Positions 40,139 to 49,864 of a stretch of 64,000 bases of DNA are shown here, piece by piece. The number at the start of each line of letters is the position of its first letter. The stretch's first letter is position 1. The DNA lies in the NCBI GenBank assembly GCA_001791745.1, contig MGFG01000032.1, positions 3,775 through 67,774 of the forward strand, given 5' to 3'. The notes beneath the pieces were generated by a model. It was not told the origin of the DNA and searched no databases. It worked only from the letters and a program-made list of their open reading frames with translations. The DNA comes from Candidatus Uhrbacteria bacterium RIFOXYC2_FULL_47_19. Its GTDB lineage: Bacteria > Patescibacteriota > Patescibacteriia > SG8-24. The position numbers and the translations under genes were made by a program.

Positions 40139-41044
40139 TCAGATTCTGAATAGATTTTGTGTATTTTTAAGTGTTTGACTATAAACCTCATCCAGATCTA
40201 GGTTCTTGATTTCAGCGATCTTGTTTGCTACGAGACGCACAAAAGCTGGTTCGTTTTTTTCTCCACGATGAGGTACTGGAGTCAAATATGGTGCATCGGT
40301 TTCTATAATTAGCCGTTCGATAGGTATGGCTCGCACTACATCATGAAGCGTTTCTTCGGTGTTTGGTGAAACCTTGCGTGGTTTGTAGGTTACATTGCCA
40401 GTAAATGATAGATACAAACCGAGATCCAGATACGACTCTGCTTCAGCGATCGTACCAGAAAAACAGTGTACATCGCCGCGCGGCAATCTTCCTGCCACTC
40501 GATGGTCGTTCAGGATTCTTAGAACCTCTCCGTGTACATCAGTCGAACCGTCGGCTGCATTTCGAGTATGGATCATTAGTGCTAGTCCACGCTCAAAAGC
40601 TAAGTCAATCTGAAGACGAAAAAGCTCTTCTTGTTTGGCACGAAAAATTAATGGATCAACATTGACTGGGACATGGTAGTAGTCCAAACCACACTCCCCT
40701 ATTCCAACTGTTTTGGAACTTTGATCGATCAATGAATTATAATAATTCGGATCAAAAATTTCAGCTCGACTGCGGAAGTGAACTAACTCGCCACCTTCTT
40801 CCTCGCTTTCATCGACCTCTTGTTCAAATAAATGAAGCGGGTGTAGCCCAACTACAGCCCAAACATTGTCGTATCGTTCAGCACATTCAACCGCTCGTTG
40901 GCTAGTCGAAGACTGCGAACCAACAACAACTAAACCGATACGATCATTAGCTGCTCGTTGAATAACATCTTCGAGATCATTGCGGTAGGCACTGAAGTTA
41001 GTGTGACAGTGTGCATCAATGAGTTGTAATTCAGTAGTGTTCAT
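40139..41044 (-). CDS. tatD: TatD-family hydrolase
   Basis: DAHCH, GLHP, GECGLDY, IHTR, HCFSG, ETDAPY. Confidence 0.95.
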   Translation of the reverse strand: MNTTELQLIDAHCHTNFSAYRNDLEDVIQRAANDRIGLVVVGSQSSTSQRAVECAERYDNVWAVVGLHPLHLFEQEVDESEEEGGELVHFRSRAEIFDPNYYNSLIDQSSKTVGIGECGLDYYHVPVNVDPLIFRAKQEELFRLQIDLAFERGLALMIHTRNAADGSTDVHGEVLRILNDHRVAGRLPRGDVHCFSGTIAEAESYLDLGLYLSFTGNVTYKPRKVSPNTEETLHDVVRAIPIERLIIETDAPYLTPVPHRGEKNEPAFVRLVANKIAEIKNLDLDEVYSQTLKNTQNLFRI

Positions 41045-41140
41045 GGTTTTGATATTAAATCAGGTAGGAGTACATAATTTACAATAAAAAATCCGGCTAA
41101 AGCAACCAGATGATGGACCGTTCTGAATGAATGATCGAAC

Positions 41141-41983
41141 TTAGGAACCGATGCGTCTAAAAATCTTATGAGCATTGGCTGATAGTTGCTTCTCTACTTC
41201 GATAACCGACAAATGGCGTAAGCTCGCAATATTATCGGCTACTTGACGTACATAAGCCGGCTCACTTCTTCTTTGACTCCAAGGAGTCGTGGTTTGAAAA
41301 GGACAGTCACTTTCTGCAAGTAAATTGGATAACGGTGCTTTTTTGAGTAGTTCACTCTGATAACCACCATGCGCAATGATGCCAGTGACTGAAATCATGA
41401 AGCCGAGACTGAAATACTTGCGAGCTTGTTTCCAAGTACCAGAGAAACAATGCACTACACCACGCGAGTCAAACCCTGTTGTACTTTGATCCCAGTTCGT
41501 GAGCAATTTTAGCATTTCATCGTGTGCATCGCGACAATGTAATAGTACCGGCAATCGAAGCTCACGTGATAATTGAAGAAATAAACCGAAGGTGCGAATT
41601 TGATTACGTCGAATGCGCTCAGCTAATTCAATCTCTGGTCCGCCACGCCGTCCGGTTGGTAAATCATGATAATCTAAACCGGTTTCACCGATGGCTACCA
41701 CCTTAGATCGACTGGCTAAATGACGATAGGCTCCAAAGTCGATCAGTTTATCATCTGCAATTAGGTCACCAGTTACTTTTGATGGATGTAGTCCAACTGC
41801 GGCATAGACTCCTTCGTGTTTTTCGGCGATACCTACCGCTAGCGTCGAGGTGACGTAGTCGCAACCCAAAGTCACAACTCCGACATTTTCGTGTCTAGCA
41901 TGTTCGACCACAACTTCAAGATCCCGATCAAAAATCGGGTCATCCAGATGAGCATGGGTATCGATCAAACGATATGATTTCAT
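41141..41983 (-). CDS. tatD: TatD-family hydrolase (second paralog)
   Basis: DTHAH, GLHP, GETGLDY, LHCRDA, HCFSG, ESDCP. Confidence 0.93.
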   Translation of the reverse strand: MKSYRLIDTHAHLDDPIFDRDLEVVVEHARHENVGVVTLGCDYVTSTLAVGIAEKHEGVYAAVGLHPSKVTGDLIADDKLIDFGAYRHLASRSKVVAIGETGLDYHDLPTGRRGGPEIELAERIRRNQIRTFGLFLQLSRELRLPVLLHCRDAHDEMLKLLTNWDQSTTGFDSRGVVHCFSGTWKQARKYFSLGFMISVTGIIAHGGYQSELLKKAPLSNLLAESDCPFQTTTPWSQRRSEPAYVRQVADNIASLRHLSVIEVEKQLSANAHKIFRRIGS

Positions 41984-42003
41984 GGTGAAAGGGAGAGACT
42001 GGA

Positions 42004-42516
42004 TTACAGCACTGAGTGCAGCATCTGAATCGCTTGAGGTAAGAGTGGAGAAACAGCTAAACCAACTAAGTTCAAAGCATCAGCCAAGATCGATTCGTCC
42101 AACATTGGTCCAAAACCTTCAAAAAATGGAAATCGACCAGAGAAGTAAACTGCTAGTCCTAAGACCAAGGTTCCTTCGATTAGACCGAAGAGTGCACCCA
42201 ATAATCGATTGAAGGTCTTAAGAAAAGGCAAAAAGGAAACAACATCGAAGATTTTTTCTAGTAGAGAGAACAATACTCCAACCAGCCGAGTAATTAGGAG
42301 GAACAAGACAAAAAAAGCAATGATGTCTGCTAAGTTTTGATTACCACCAATAAATCGAATCAGAACATCACCAACCTGCTCATAGAGACGACCAGCAATG
42401 AAAGCTCCAACCACGAAGCCAACCAATGAGCCAACCATGTGAATAATACCGAACCACAAACCGTATAGGACGAAACCACACAGTACGATTAGCGCTATCA
42501 GGTCGATGATGTTCAT
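42004..42516 (-). CDS. CvpA-family membrane protein
   Basis: IDLI...GLWFG, NRLLGALFGLIEG. Confidence 0.88.
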   Translation of the reverse strand: MNIIDLIALIVLCGFVLYGLWFGIIHMVGSLVGFVVGAFIAGRLYEQVGDVLIRFIGGNQNLADIIAFFVLFLLITRLVGVLFSLLEKIFDVVSFLPFLKTFNRLLGALFGLIEGTLVLGLAVYFSGRFPFFEGFGPMLDESILADALNLVGLAVSPLLPQAIQMLHSVL

Positions 42517-42602
42517 GTCTTTAGAAAATGATGGGACTTACTTCGTGTTAGGCACACAAAGCACCCTCCTGGCCCCATTGTATCATTTTTTACTCGTCTG
42601 CG

Positions 42603-44102
42603 TCAGACGGAAAGGCGTGGGAAGAGTATCTCATTCTTGCTCACCTTGGTGCCTGGTTCGAGTCCGCCCCATTTACTACCTTCGGGTAGTCGGGCCGCGA
42701 CGACATCAATCGATAGTTGGGCCAAAGTTTTTTCGGCAGTGTTTGGCACTATCGGCAATAAGGCCAATCCGATCTGACGTAATGCCTCAGCGATTTGGTA
42801 CATGAACGGTGATACGTCGATCCCCTCCTTGGCTTTCTTAAACGGCGCTTCAGTGTCGATCGCCTGGTTAACCGAAGTTACATAGCGTTCGATTGTTCGA
42901 ACTGCCTCGTCGAAACGAAAAGTAGACAGTGCACTTTCGTAGGCTGACCAGAAGGCCGGAGTCTCGAAACGATCTGGCTGTTTGACTGGAACCTGGCCGT
43001 CACAGTACTTCTCGACCATGGTCGCGGTCCGAGCCGCTAGATTGCCTATACCGTTTACCAGTTTGGAAGTGTAGATCTCCTCGAAAGTGCGGGCAGAGAA
43101 GTCTCCATCTTCGTACGAGGGTAGGCCGCCAAGTAGAAAATAACGGACTGCATCGGTACCGTACTTTTCTACCAGATCGTAGGGATTGACTACGTTGCCG
43201 AGCGACTTAGACATTTTTTGTCCGTCCGCAGTGATGAAGCCGTGAATGAACACCTGTCGCGATATCGGCAAACCGGCCGACAGCAGCATTGCCTGCCACA
43301 TAGCCGACTGCTGGCGTAGATTGTCTTTACCTGCAACCTGCACGCCGGGCCAAAAAGCCTCGAAGTTTGTCTGATCATCGGGCCAACCCAAGGTTGAAAT
43401 ATAGTTGACCAGTGCATCGAACCAAACGTACATGACATGCTCGTTATCGTCCGGTACTGCTATGCCCCACGGCATCTTGGCTTTGAGGCGCGAAATACTG
43501 AAGTCCTGCAGTCCACCACGCACGAACGAAGTGATTTCATTAAATCGTGATGTTGGTATTACGAAGTCCGGCTGAGCGGCGTAGTGCTTGAGTAGACGAT
43601 CGGCGTAGTTCGACCAGCGGAAGAAGTAGTTCTCCTCGTCGCGTAGCTCTATCTCTAAATTGGGGTGCACTGGACAGTGTCCATCCTCCAATTCAGAGTC
43701 GGTCTTCTCTAACTCGCAGCCGACACAGTACTTGTTTTGGTAGTGCGCTTTGTAGATGTCGCCAGACGCGGTGCAGCGACGCCAAAATTCCTGGGCTGCA
43801 GTGATGTGATGCTCATCGGTCGTGCGGATGAAGTTGGTGTAAGTCAAATTGAGCGACTCTTTGAGTCCGTCGAATCTAACCGCGAAGCCATCACAGTATT
43901 CCTTCGGATCAAGTTCAGCCTCCTGCGCTTTAAGGTAAATTTTCTGTCCGTGCTCATCCGTACCGGTGTTAAAAATCACCTCGTCACCCAAGAGTCGTCG
44001 CCAACGCGCTAATGTGTCGGCTTGGATTATCTCCAAGGCAAAACCAATGTGTGGCTCGGCGTTGACGTAGGGCAAGGTAGTTGTGATGTAGTATTTTCCC
44101 AT
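42603..44102 (-). CDS. metG: Methionine--tRNA ligase (short form; likely start MGKYY)
   Basis: YITTTLPYVNAEPHIG, GTDEHG, YVWFDAL, KMSKS. Confidence 0.97.
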   Translation of the reverse strand: MGKYYITTTLPYVNAEPHIGFALEIIQADTLARWRRLLGDEVIFNTGTDEHGQKIYLKAQEAELDPKEYCDGFAVRFDGLKESLNLTYTNFIRTTDEHHITAAQEFWRRCTASGDIYKAHYQNKYCVGCELEKTDSELEDGHCPVHPNLEIELRDEENYFFRWSNYADRLLKHYAAQPDFVIPTSRFNEITSFVRGGLQDFSISRLKAKMPWGIAVPDDNEHVMYVWFDALVNYISTLGWPDDQTNFEAFWPGVQVAGKDNLRQQSAMWQAMLLSAGLPISRQVFIHGFITADGQKMSKSLGNVVNPYDLVEKYGTDAVRYFLLGGLPSYEDGDFSARTFEEIYTSKLVNGIGNLAARTATMVEKYCDGQVPVKQPDRFETPAFWSAYESALSTFRFDEAVRTIERYVTSVNQAIDTEAPFKKAKEGIDVSPFMYQIAEALRQIGLALLPIVPNTAEKTLAQLSIDVVAARLPEGSKWGGLEPGTKVSKNEILFPRLSV

Positions 44103-44106
44103 ATGA

Positions 44107-44784
44107 TCAGTTCTTTCCGTCAATGACGATGACAAATTCTCCTTTGATGCTGCCTTTCGCTAGTCCAGCCATAACTTCAACCGCTGTCCCGCGGTAGGCC
44201 GTCTCGTGAATTTTAGTTAGTTCTCTAAGGACACAGATTCGGCGTTCTGGATCGAGTTCACTAATTGACTCCAATGCCTTATTAATGCGATGTGGTGACT
44301 CGTAAACCACGATCGGATGCGGATTCTCAAGAGCTATTCTAAAAAACGCCCCACGCCCTTTCTTGTGCGGTGGGAAACCGAGGAAAGTGAAGGCAGATGA
44401 TGGGAAGCCAGCAACTGAAACCGCTGCTAAGGCTGCACTCGGTCCAGGAATCGGAATAATCTTAAGCTCCGGTTCCTCGGCCAGTAGGTCGCGAATTAGC
44501 AACGAACCAGGATCACTAACTCCAGGTGTTCCGGCATCGCTCACTAATCCCACTTTCCTACCCTCCCGTAACAGCTCTAGAACACGACCAAGCTTTCGAC
44601 CATGCACTTGTTCACGATAGCTTTCGGCGACGATCTTGATTTCATATCTATCAAGTAGTCGTCGTGTCACTCGAGTGTCTTCACAAAAAAGTACATCAAC
44701 TTTTTTCAAGATTTCAAGAGTTCTTAGAGTTACGTCTCCAAGGTTACCGATCGGAGTGGCAATGACGTAAAGAATTCCTAACAT
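44107..44784 (-). CDS. rsmI: 16S rRNA C1402 2'-O-methyltransferase
   Basis: ATPIGNL, CEDTR, SDAGTPGVSDPG, YESPHR, RELTKIHE. Confidence 0.96.
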   Translation of the reverse strand: MLGILYVIATPIGNLGDVTLRTLEILKKVDVLFCEDTRVTRRLLDRYEIKIVAESYREQVHGRKLGRVLELLREGRKVGLVSDAGTPGVSDPGSLLIRDLLAEEPELKIIPIPGPSAALAAVSVAGFPSSAFTFLGFPPHKKGRGAFFRIALENPHPIVVYESPHRINKALESISELDPERRICVLRELTKIHETAYRGTAVEVMAGLAKGSIKGEFVIVIDGKN

Positions 44785-44804
44785 AGTCTAAATATTGTAC
44801 CCGT

Positions 44805-45971
44805 TTATTGACCCAACGTCTCACGTTCAGTTTGAGTCAATGCAGTTTCGAGTAAGTGGTTGTAATCGAGTTTTGACTCCTCAGCTGCGACTTGCTCTGG
44901 ATTGGAACGTAGTTCGGGATGGTCGGGTACGAACAGCGAACAACAATCGTCATGCGGTTCAATCGAGATGGTATAAGTGCCGATAGTGCGAGCTAGATCT
45001 ACAATATCACGTTTATCTTCGCCGATGAGTGGTCGATAAATTGGTAGTTTTGTGGCAACACTTACGGTTAGTAGATTTTCTGGCGTCTGTGAGGCGACCT
45101 GGCCTAAACTATCGCCGGTCACTAAACCAAGTGCTCCTTCATGAATAGCCAGTCGTTCGGCCAGCCGCATCATTAAACGACGGTACATAATGATCCTCAA
45201 GGCTTGATCAGTCTTGGTTGTGATTTCCCGTTGCGCTTCGGCAATTGGCACAGTGTACAGGACAGAGCGTCCTTGGAAGCGATCGAGAGATTCAGCTAGT
45301 CGTCGAACTTTATCGATGGACTCACGTCCAACGTGCGGATAGCTGTGGAAGTGAACGAACACCGTTCGGCAACCGCGACGCATTAGTTTCCAGGCTGCAA
45401 CCGGCGAGTCGATTCCGCCAGAGAGCAGTACGACCATGGTGCCGGTTGTACCGGTTGGTAGTCCACCTGGACCCTGCTGTCGATTTACTGCCACGAATGC
45501 CCCATCGATATTGATTTCGATAAAGATGGTGTGATCTGGATTGGTTAAATCAACCTGTAGGGCAGGGTTCGCCTCTAGAACTCCAGCTCCGACCACCCTG
45601 GCGACTTCGACTGAGTTAAGTGGAAAAGATTTGTCGGCTCGCTTAGCTGTAACACGAAACGAACCGGACTTAGTGGTCATTGACTGGCTAGCCGTACGGG
45701 AGATTTCTTCAATTTGGCAAGGACAGCTCTGGGCGAAGGTGAAATTGCTGATACCGAACACTTCGGACAGTGCGGTTCGGAGCTGATCGATCTTGGGAGT
45801 CAGGTCACGGTCTGACCTCAACAGCATCAATCCCTTGCGGAAACTGATCTTGAGGTCAGGAAATTCGCCCAGCCGTCGGCGAGCGTTGTCTCGAAGTTGA
45901 CGCTCAAAAAAAGCTCGGTTATTGCCCTTGAGTGCGATCTCGTCGGTATGTATGAGTATCGAATCGATCAT
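44805..45971 (-). CDS. thiI: tRNA 4-thiouridine synthase ThiI without rhodanese domain (likely start MIDSIL)
   Basis: EIALKGNNR, THUMP domain, LLSGGIDSPVA PP-loop, GQVASQT, DDCC. Confidence 0.95.
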   Translation of the reverse strand: MIDSILIHTDEIALKGNNRAFFERQLRDNARRRLGEFPDLKISFRKGLMLLRSDRDLTPKIDQLRTALSEVFGISNFTFAQSCPCQIEEISRTASQSMTTKSGSFRVTAKRADKSFPLNSVEVARVVGAGVLEANPALQVDLTNPDHTIFIEINIDGAFVAVNRQQGPGGLPTGTTGTMVVLLSGGIDSPVAAWKLMRRGCRTVFVHFHSYPHVGRESIDKVRRLAESLDRFQGRSVLYTVPIAEAQREITTKTDQALRIIMYRRLMMRLAERLAIHEGALGLVTGDSLGQVASQTPENLLTVSVATKLPIYRPLIGEDKRDIVDLARTIGTYTISIEPHDDCCSLFVPDHPELRSNPEQVAAEESKLDYNHLLETALTQTERETLGQ

Positions 45972-46088
45972 AGAGAGATAGGATAGCGTGCTCGTCAGAT
46001 TTTGGCTAGGTTTGCGACATCCAGACAAAAAGAAAAGCGGCCCGTTTGTGGACCGCCGGAGAGGTTCCATCGTCCGTCTCGGATTCGT

Positions 46089-46952
46089 TTAGGAAGGGTT
46101 AGTTGTCAGGTGCAGCACGCGTTTGGAGACGACTTCCCAGTTGAGGATGCCGAAAGCTGCACCGAGCAGTCCACCAAAGATCACCATTGTTGCCTGTTGA
46201 GCGAACGATCCGGTTGACTGGGCCAGCCAGAGGTAGCTGACCGTCCCACCGAGAGTCCCGTCGATCGCACACAGAACTCGCTTTTGCGAATGAATCAGCT
46301 TGAACAGATGCCAGCCGACTAGAACGACGAATTTAGCTGCCAAGAAGATACTGATAGCGACGTATTTCCACAACGTCCAGGCGGAGAACTTGATGATGGC
46401 CATCATTCCCCGTAGGACCATCGTCGCCACGATACTGTAACCGGCGTTTTCCAAAAAATCTTCTTGACTTGGTCTTTTCCAAATCACAAAGTCGTCGACT
46501 ACTATGCCAAATTCAGCCAGTGCATATAACACCACAGAAGTCATGATAGCCACTCCAACAGCAATGAGGACGGAAAGGGAGAAAACAAAAAAATATATCT
46601 GCAACTGCTCCACTAAAGAATTGGCCGAATTTCTCTGTAAGACATCAACAGCGAAGACCGTAGCAGAAACAAACCCCACTACGGCTCCGAAATAAACGAA
46701 CGGATGCGGCTTTCGGAGCCACTGCCAGGCTATCTTCCTCCCTTCGGTCAGCCCCCGATCGGTTCCCTCAGCCGCCCGGCGAAGGGCCGTTGGTATGGCC
46801 CGCAGCACCTGCCGGAACTCGTAGCCCAGGTAGCCGCCAGCCCCTCCGGCCAACAAGCCCAGATACCAAAACTTGGGAGTGAACAGGAGCGCCACCAAGC
46901 AGCACAGTGCGCCACCCACGAAACAGGCCAATGCGATCTTTTTCGTCTCCAT
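46089..46952 (-). CDS. Hypothetical multi-TM membrane protein
   Basis: AAGGAGGT SD, several TMs, Gly-rich termini; centre lower in GC than the ends. Confidence 0.75.
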   Translation of the reverse strand: METKKIALACFVGGALCCLVALLFTPKFWYLGLLAGGAGGYLGYEFRQVLRAIPTALRRAAEGTDRGLTEGRKIAWQWLRKPHPFVYFGAVVGFVSATVFAVDVLQRNSANSLVEQLQIYFFVFSLSVLIAVGVAIMTSVVLYALAEFGIVVDDFVIWKRPSQEDFLENAGYSIVATMVLRGMMAIIKFSAWTLWKYVAISIFLAAKFVVLVGWHLFKLIHSQKRVLCAIDGTLGGTVSYLWLAQSTGSFAQQATMVIFGGLLGAAFGILNWEVVSKRVLHLTTNPS

Positions 46953-47123
46953 CGGAGACCTCCTTCCTTTTTCAAGGTGCGTAGTTTTGGCTTAGACGGG
47001 CGTATTCCCATCTTCGCCTGAAGGAAGGAAAGCGGATTTCGGAGGAATCGTCAAGACTTTAATTACCGCTAGTTTTAAAACCAAAAACGCCCAATCAAGG
47101 GCGTCTTTTTATCTCCTTATCTT

Positions 47124-47375
47124 TTATTCCAGTCCCAGTGTCTTGATGATCGCTTCTTGATCGAAACCAATAATAACTGTTTCACCGATCATGATCACTG
47201 GTACGCCCATTTGCCCGGTCTTCTCGACCATTTCACGAGCGGCCTCCTCGTCAGTCGCTACGTTAATATCGCGGTAATCAATCCCCCTTTCTTTGAGAAA
47301 CGATTTGACCATGACACAGTACGGACAGGTCGGAGTCGAATAGACAGTAACTTTTTTCTGGTTCTCTTCTTCCAT
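47124..47375 (-). CDS. Glutaredoxin/NrdH-like protein
   Basis: YSTPTCPYC, GQMGVPVI, GFD. Confidence 0.93.
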   Translation of the reverse strand: MEEENQKKVTVYSTPTCPYCVMVKSFLKERGIDYRDINVATDEEAAREMVEKTGQMGVPVIMIGETVIIGFDQEAIIKTLGLE

Positions 47376-47460
47376 AAAAGAATGCGATTGACGAGTTAAA
47401 TACCTGAACGGAGGATAGCATGGTCATAATTACCGGACCAGCAAAAACACTTTTACTTAA

Positions 47461-48195
47461 CTAAATATTACTAAATCCCTTTTCCTCGATCTCTAGCGCT
47501 AACTCCGGACCTCCATTGCGGACAATTAGACCATCTTTCATTACTAGTACCCGATTCGGTTTAAGATAGTTGAGAATTCGGGTGTGATGAGTAATGAGCA
47601 ACAAGCCGGTTCCTTCGGATTGCAGCGCGCCGACTCCCTCAGCCACCAACTTGAGCGCGTCAACATCTAAACCTGAATCGGTCTCGTCGAGTACGGCGTA
47701 CTTGGGCGAGAGTACCGCAAGTTGCAACATCTCCGCTTTCTTGCGCTCACCGCCGGAGAAACCCTCATTGACCCCACGATCGGCGAATGAGGCCGGCAAA
47801 CTGAATCGCTTGAGCTGCACCTCGAGCATCTGCCGAAAGTCGATCGAGTCAATATCTTGATCGTGTACAGCGTTGTAGGCTAGACGCAAAAATTCAGCCA
47901 GTGGCACACCTGGTATCTCGGGCGGTGACTGCAGCGACAGTAGTAATCCGAGTTTAGCCCGTCGGTCCGGTGTTAGGGACGTAATGTCTTCGCTGTCCAG
48001 CAAGACACTGCCATCCGTAATTGTGTAATCGGGATGCCCCATGAGTGCATTTGCCAGCGAGCTCTTACCTGATCCGTTCGGACCCATTAAAACCTGAATT
48101 GTACCAGCTGGTATTTCAAACGAGATACCATGAACGATTTCTTGTTCATTACGACTTACTTTTAAGTTTTTTATTTTCAATATCTTCTTAGACAT
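47461..48195 (-). CDS. sufC: Fe-S assembly ATPase SufC
   Basis: MGPNGSGKS, GFSGGERKK, LDETDSGLDVDAL. Confidence 0.96.
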   Translation of the reverse strand: MSKKILKIKNLKVSRNEQEIVHGISFEIPAGTIQVLMGPNGSGKSSLANALMGHPDYTITDGSVLLDSEDITSLTPDRRAKLGLLLSLQSPPEIPGVPLAEFLRLAYNAVHDQDIDSIDFRQMLEVQLKRFSLPASFADRGVNEGFSGGERKKAEMLQLAVLSPKYAVLDETDSGLDVDALKLVAEGVGALQSEGTGLLLITHHTRILNYLKPNRVLVMKDGLIVRNGGPELALEIEEKGFSNI

Positions 48196-48199
48196 AAAA

Positions 48200-48610
48200 T
48201 CATTGTTTCTTTTCGGAAATATCTTGCAGTGCCTTTTTTAATGTCTCTAAACCTAGTAATGCGCATTTTAATCGTGCTGGTCCAACTTCTACACCTAATA
48301 ATTCAAAGATAAAACCTCTGCCAAGTGTCAATACCTCGGTAGTGGTTAAACCTTTAGCCTTCTCGGTTAGCATCGAAGTTGCGGCCTGACTGATAGCACA
48401 ACCAACACCATCGAAGCTTAGATCGGTAATACGGTCATCCTCTATCCGGACAAAAATCTCTACGTCATCGCCACAGCTCATGTTGACCTCGCGTTGGCTA
48501 ATCGTCGCATTATCCATTCGTCGCTTATTGCGCGGCGAACGATTGTGGTCCAAGATGTTCTGCCGATAAAGATCAGCTCGCCCAATTCGGTCGTGATCGA
48601 TACTGTTCAT
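48200..48610 (-). CDS. sufU: SUF sulfur-transfer/scaffold protein SufU
   Basis: ILDH..PRN, NMSCGD, GCAISQA, RLKCALL. Confidence 0.93.
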   Translation of the reverse strand: MNSIDHDRIGRADLYRQNILDHNRSPRNKRRMDNATISQREVNMSCGDDVEIFVRIEDDRITDLSFDGVGCAISQAATSMLTEKAKGLTTTEVLTLGRGFIFELLGVEVGPARLKCALLGLETLKKALQDISEKKQ

Positions 48611-49860
48611 GCCTTTAAGGTCTTAATGGCTTTCAGGATAGCACTGTGCAGTGCCTCGATGTCTTTCTCGCAGTTGTACAGACCAAAACTAGCTCGGGTT
48701 GTACCTGGTAACCCCAATCGCCGCATGAGCGGCATAGCACAATGATGTCCGCCTCGCGTACAGACACCCTCGCCACCCAGAATATCAGTCATATCGTGCG
48801 GATGGATACCTTCGACATTGAAAGATACAACTCCACCACGATCTAACCCTTCATCTGAAGGTCCGTAAATTTTTAATCCCGGAACAGTAGTCAGTCGATT
48901 GAGTGCCTCACGAGCTAATGTCCTCTCGTGTTTCTCAATATTCTCCACACCAATTGAAGTTACAAAGTCTACCGCTGCGCCCAGACCGATCGCTCCAGCA
49001 ATATTCGGTGTGCCAGCCTCAAACTTGTGTGGCAGCTCGTTCCATTTTGAGTCTTCTTCAGTCACCTCTAAGATCATATCACCACCATAGAGGAAAGGAT
49101 TGAGTGCATTAAGTTGTTCGCGCTTACCATATAACGCACCAATACCAGTTGGCCCATACATCTTGTGTCCAGAGAAAGCTAAAAAGTCACAATCCATTGC
49201 TTTAACATCGACTGGCCGATGACCAATTGACTGTGCAGCGTCAACTACAAATAGTGCACCATTCTGTCGTGCCAGATTACGTAATTCGGTCAAAGGTAGA
49301 ACAGTACCGAGCGCATTCGAGATTTGCATCACTGAAACCACCTTAGTTTGCGGACCAATTAAACGCCGAGCTTCCTCTATATCTAGAGTAAAATCATCTT
49401 TTAGACTAATAAATTTCACCTTGAACCCGTACTGTTTAGCGAACTGCTGCCAAGTAACCAGGTTGGCATGATGTTCCATGATCGAGATAACCACCTCATC
49501 ACCCGGCCCGAGTTGTGGGGCTATTTTATAGGCAACCAAATTGAGAGATTCAGTGGCACCGCGAGTGAAAATAATTTCCTCTGACGTGGCGTTCAATAGT
49601 CCGGCGACCTTAGCACGGGCCGTCTCATACTCTTCTGTAGCTCTGGCGCTTTCATCGTACATACCGCGATGCACGTTACAGCGATATTGTCGGTAGTAAC
49701 CATCCATGGCACGTAAAACAGATTCCGGTGTCAGAGCTGAAGCTGCTGAATCGAGATAATGAAAAGGCCGACCGTTACGATCACGACAAGCAACGTCTTG
49801 AAGCATTGGAAATTCCTGACTAGCTAGTCCGACGGCAATGATAGGTTTCTGTTCATTCAT
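48607..49860 (-). CDS. sufS: Cysteine desulfurase SufS
   Basis: YLDSAA, EHHAN, SGHKMYGPTGIG, RGGHHCAMPL. Confidence 0.96.
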   Translation of the reverse strand: MNEQKPIIAVGLASQEFPMLQDVACRDRNGRPFHYLDSAASALTPESVLRAMDGYYRQYRCNVHRGMYDESARATEEYETARAKVAGLLNATSEEIIFTRGATESLNLVAYKIAPQLGPGDEVVISIMEHHANLVTWQQFAKQYGFKVKFISLKDDFTLDIEEARRLIGPQTKVVSVMQISNALGTVLPLTELRNLARQNGALFVVDAAQSIGHRPVDVKAMDCDFLAFSGHKMYGPTGIGALYGKREQLNALNPFLYGGDMILEVTEEDSKWNELPHKFEAGTPNIAGAIGLGAAVDFVTSIGVENIEKHERTLAREALNRLTTVPGLKIYGPSDEGLDRGGVVSFNVEGIHPHDMTDILGGEGVCTRGGHHCAMPLMRRLGLPGTTRASFGLYNCEKDIEALHSAILKAIKTLKA

Positions 49861-49864
49861 AGGT

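Noticed and set aside
42652-42670. GGTTCGAGTCC resembling a tRNA T-arm or att site
   Set aside because: It lies antisense within metG codons (GGLEPG) and there is no cloverleaf around it.
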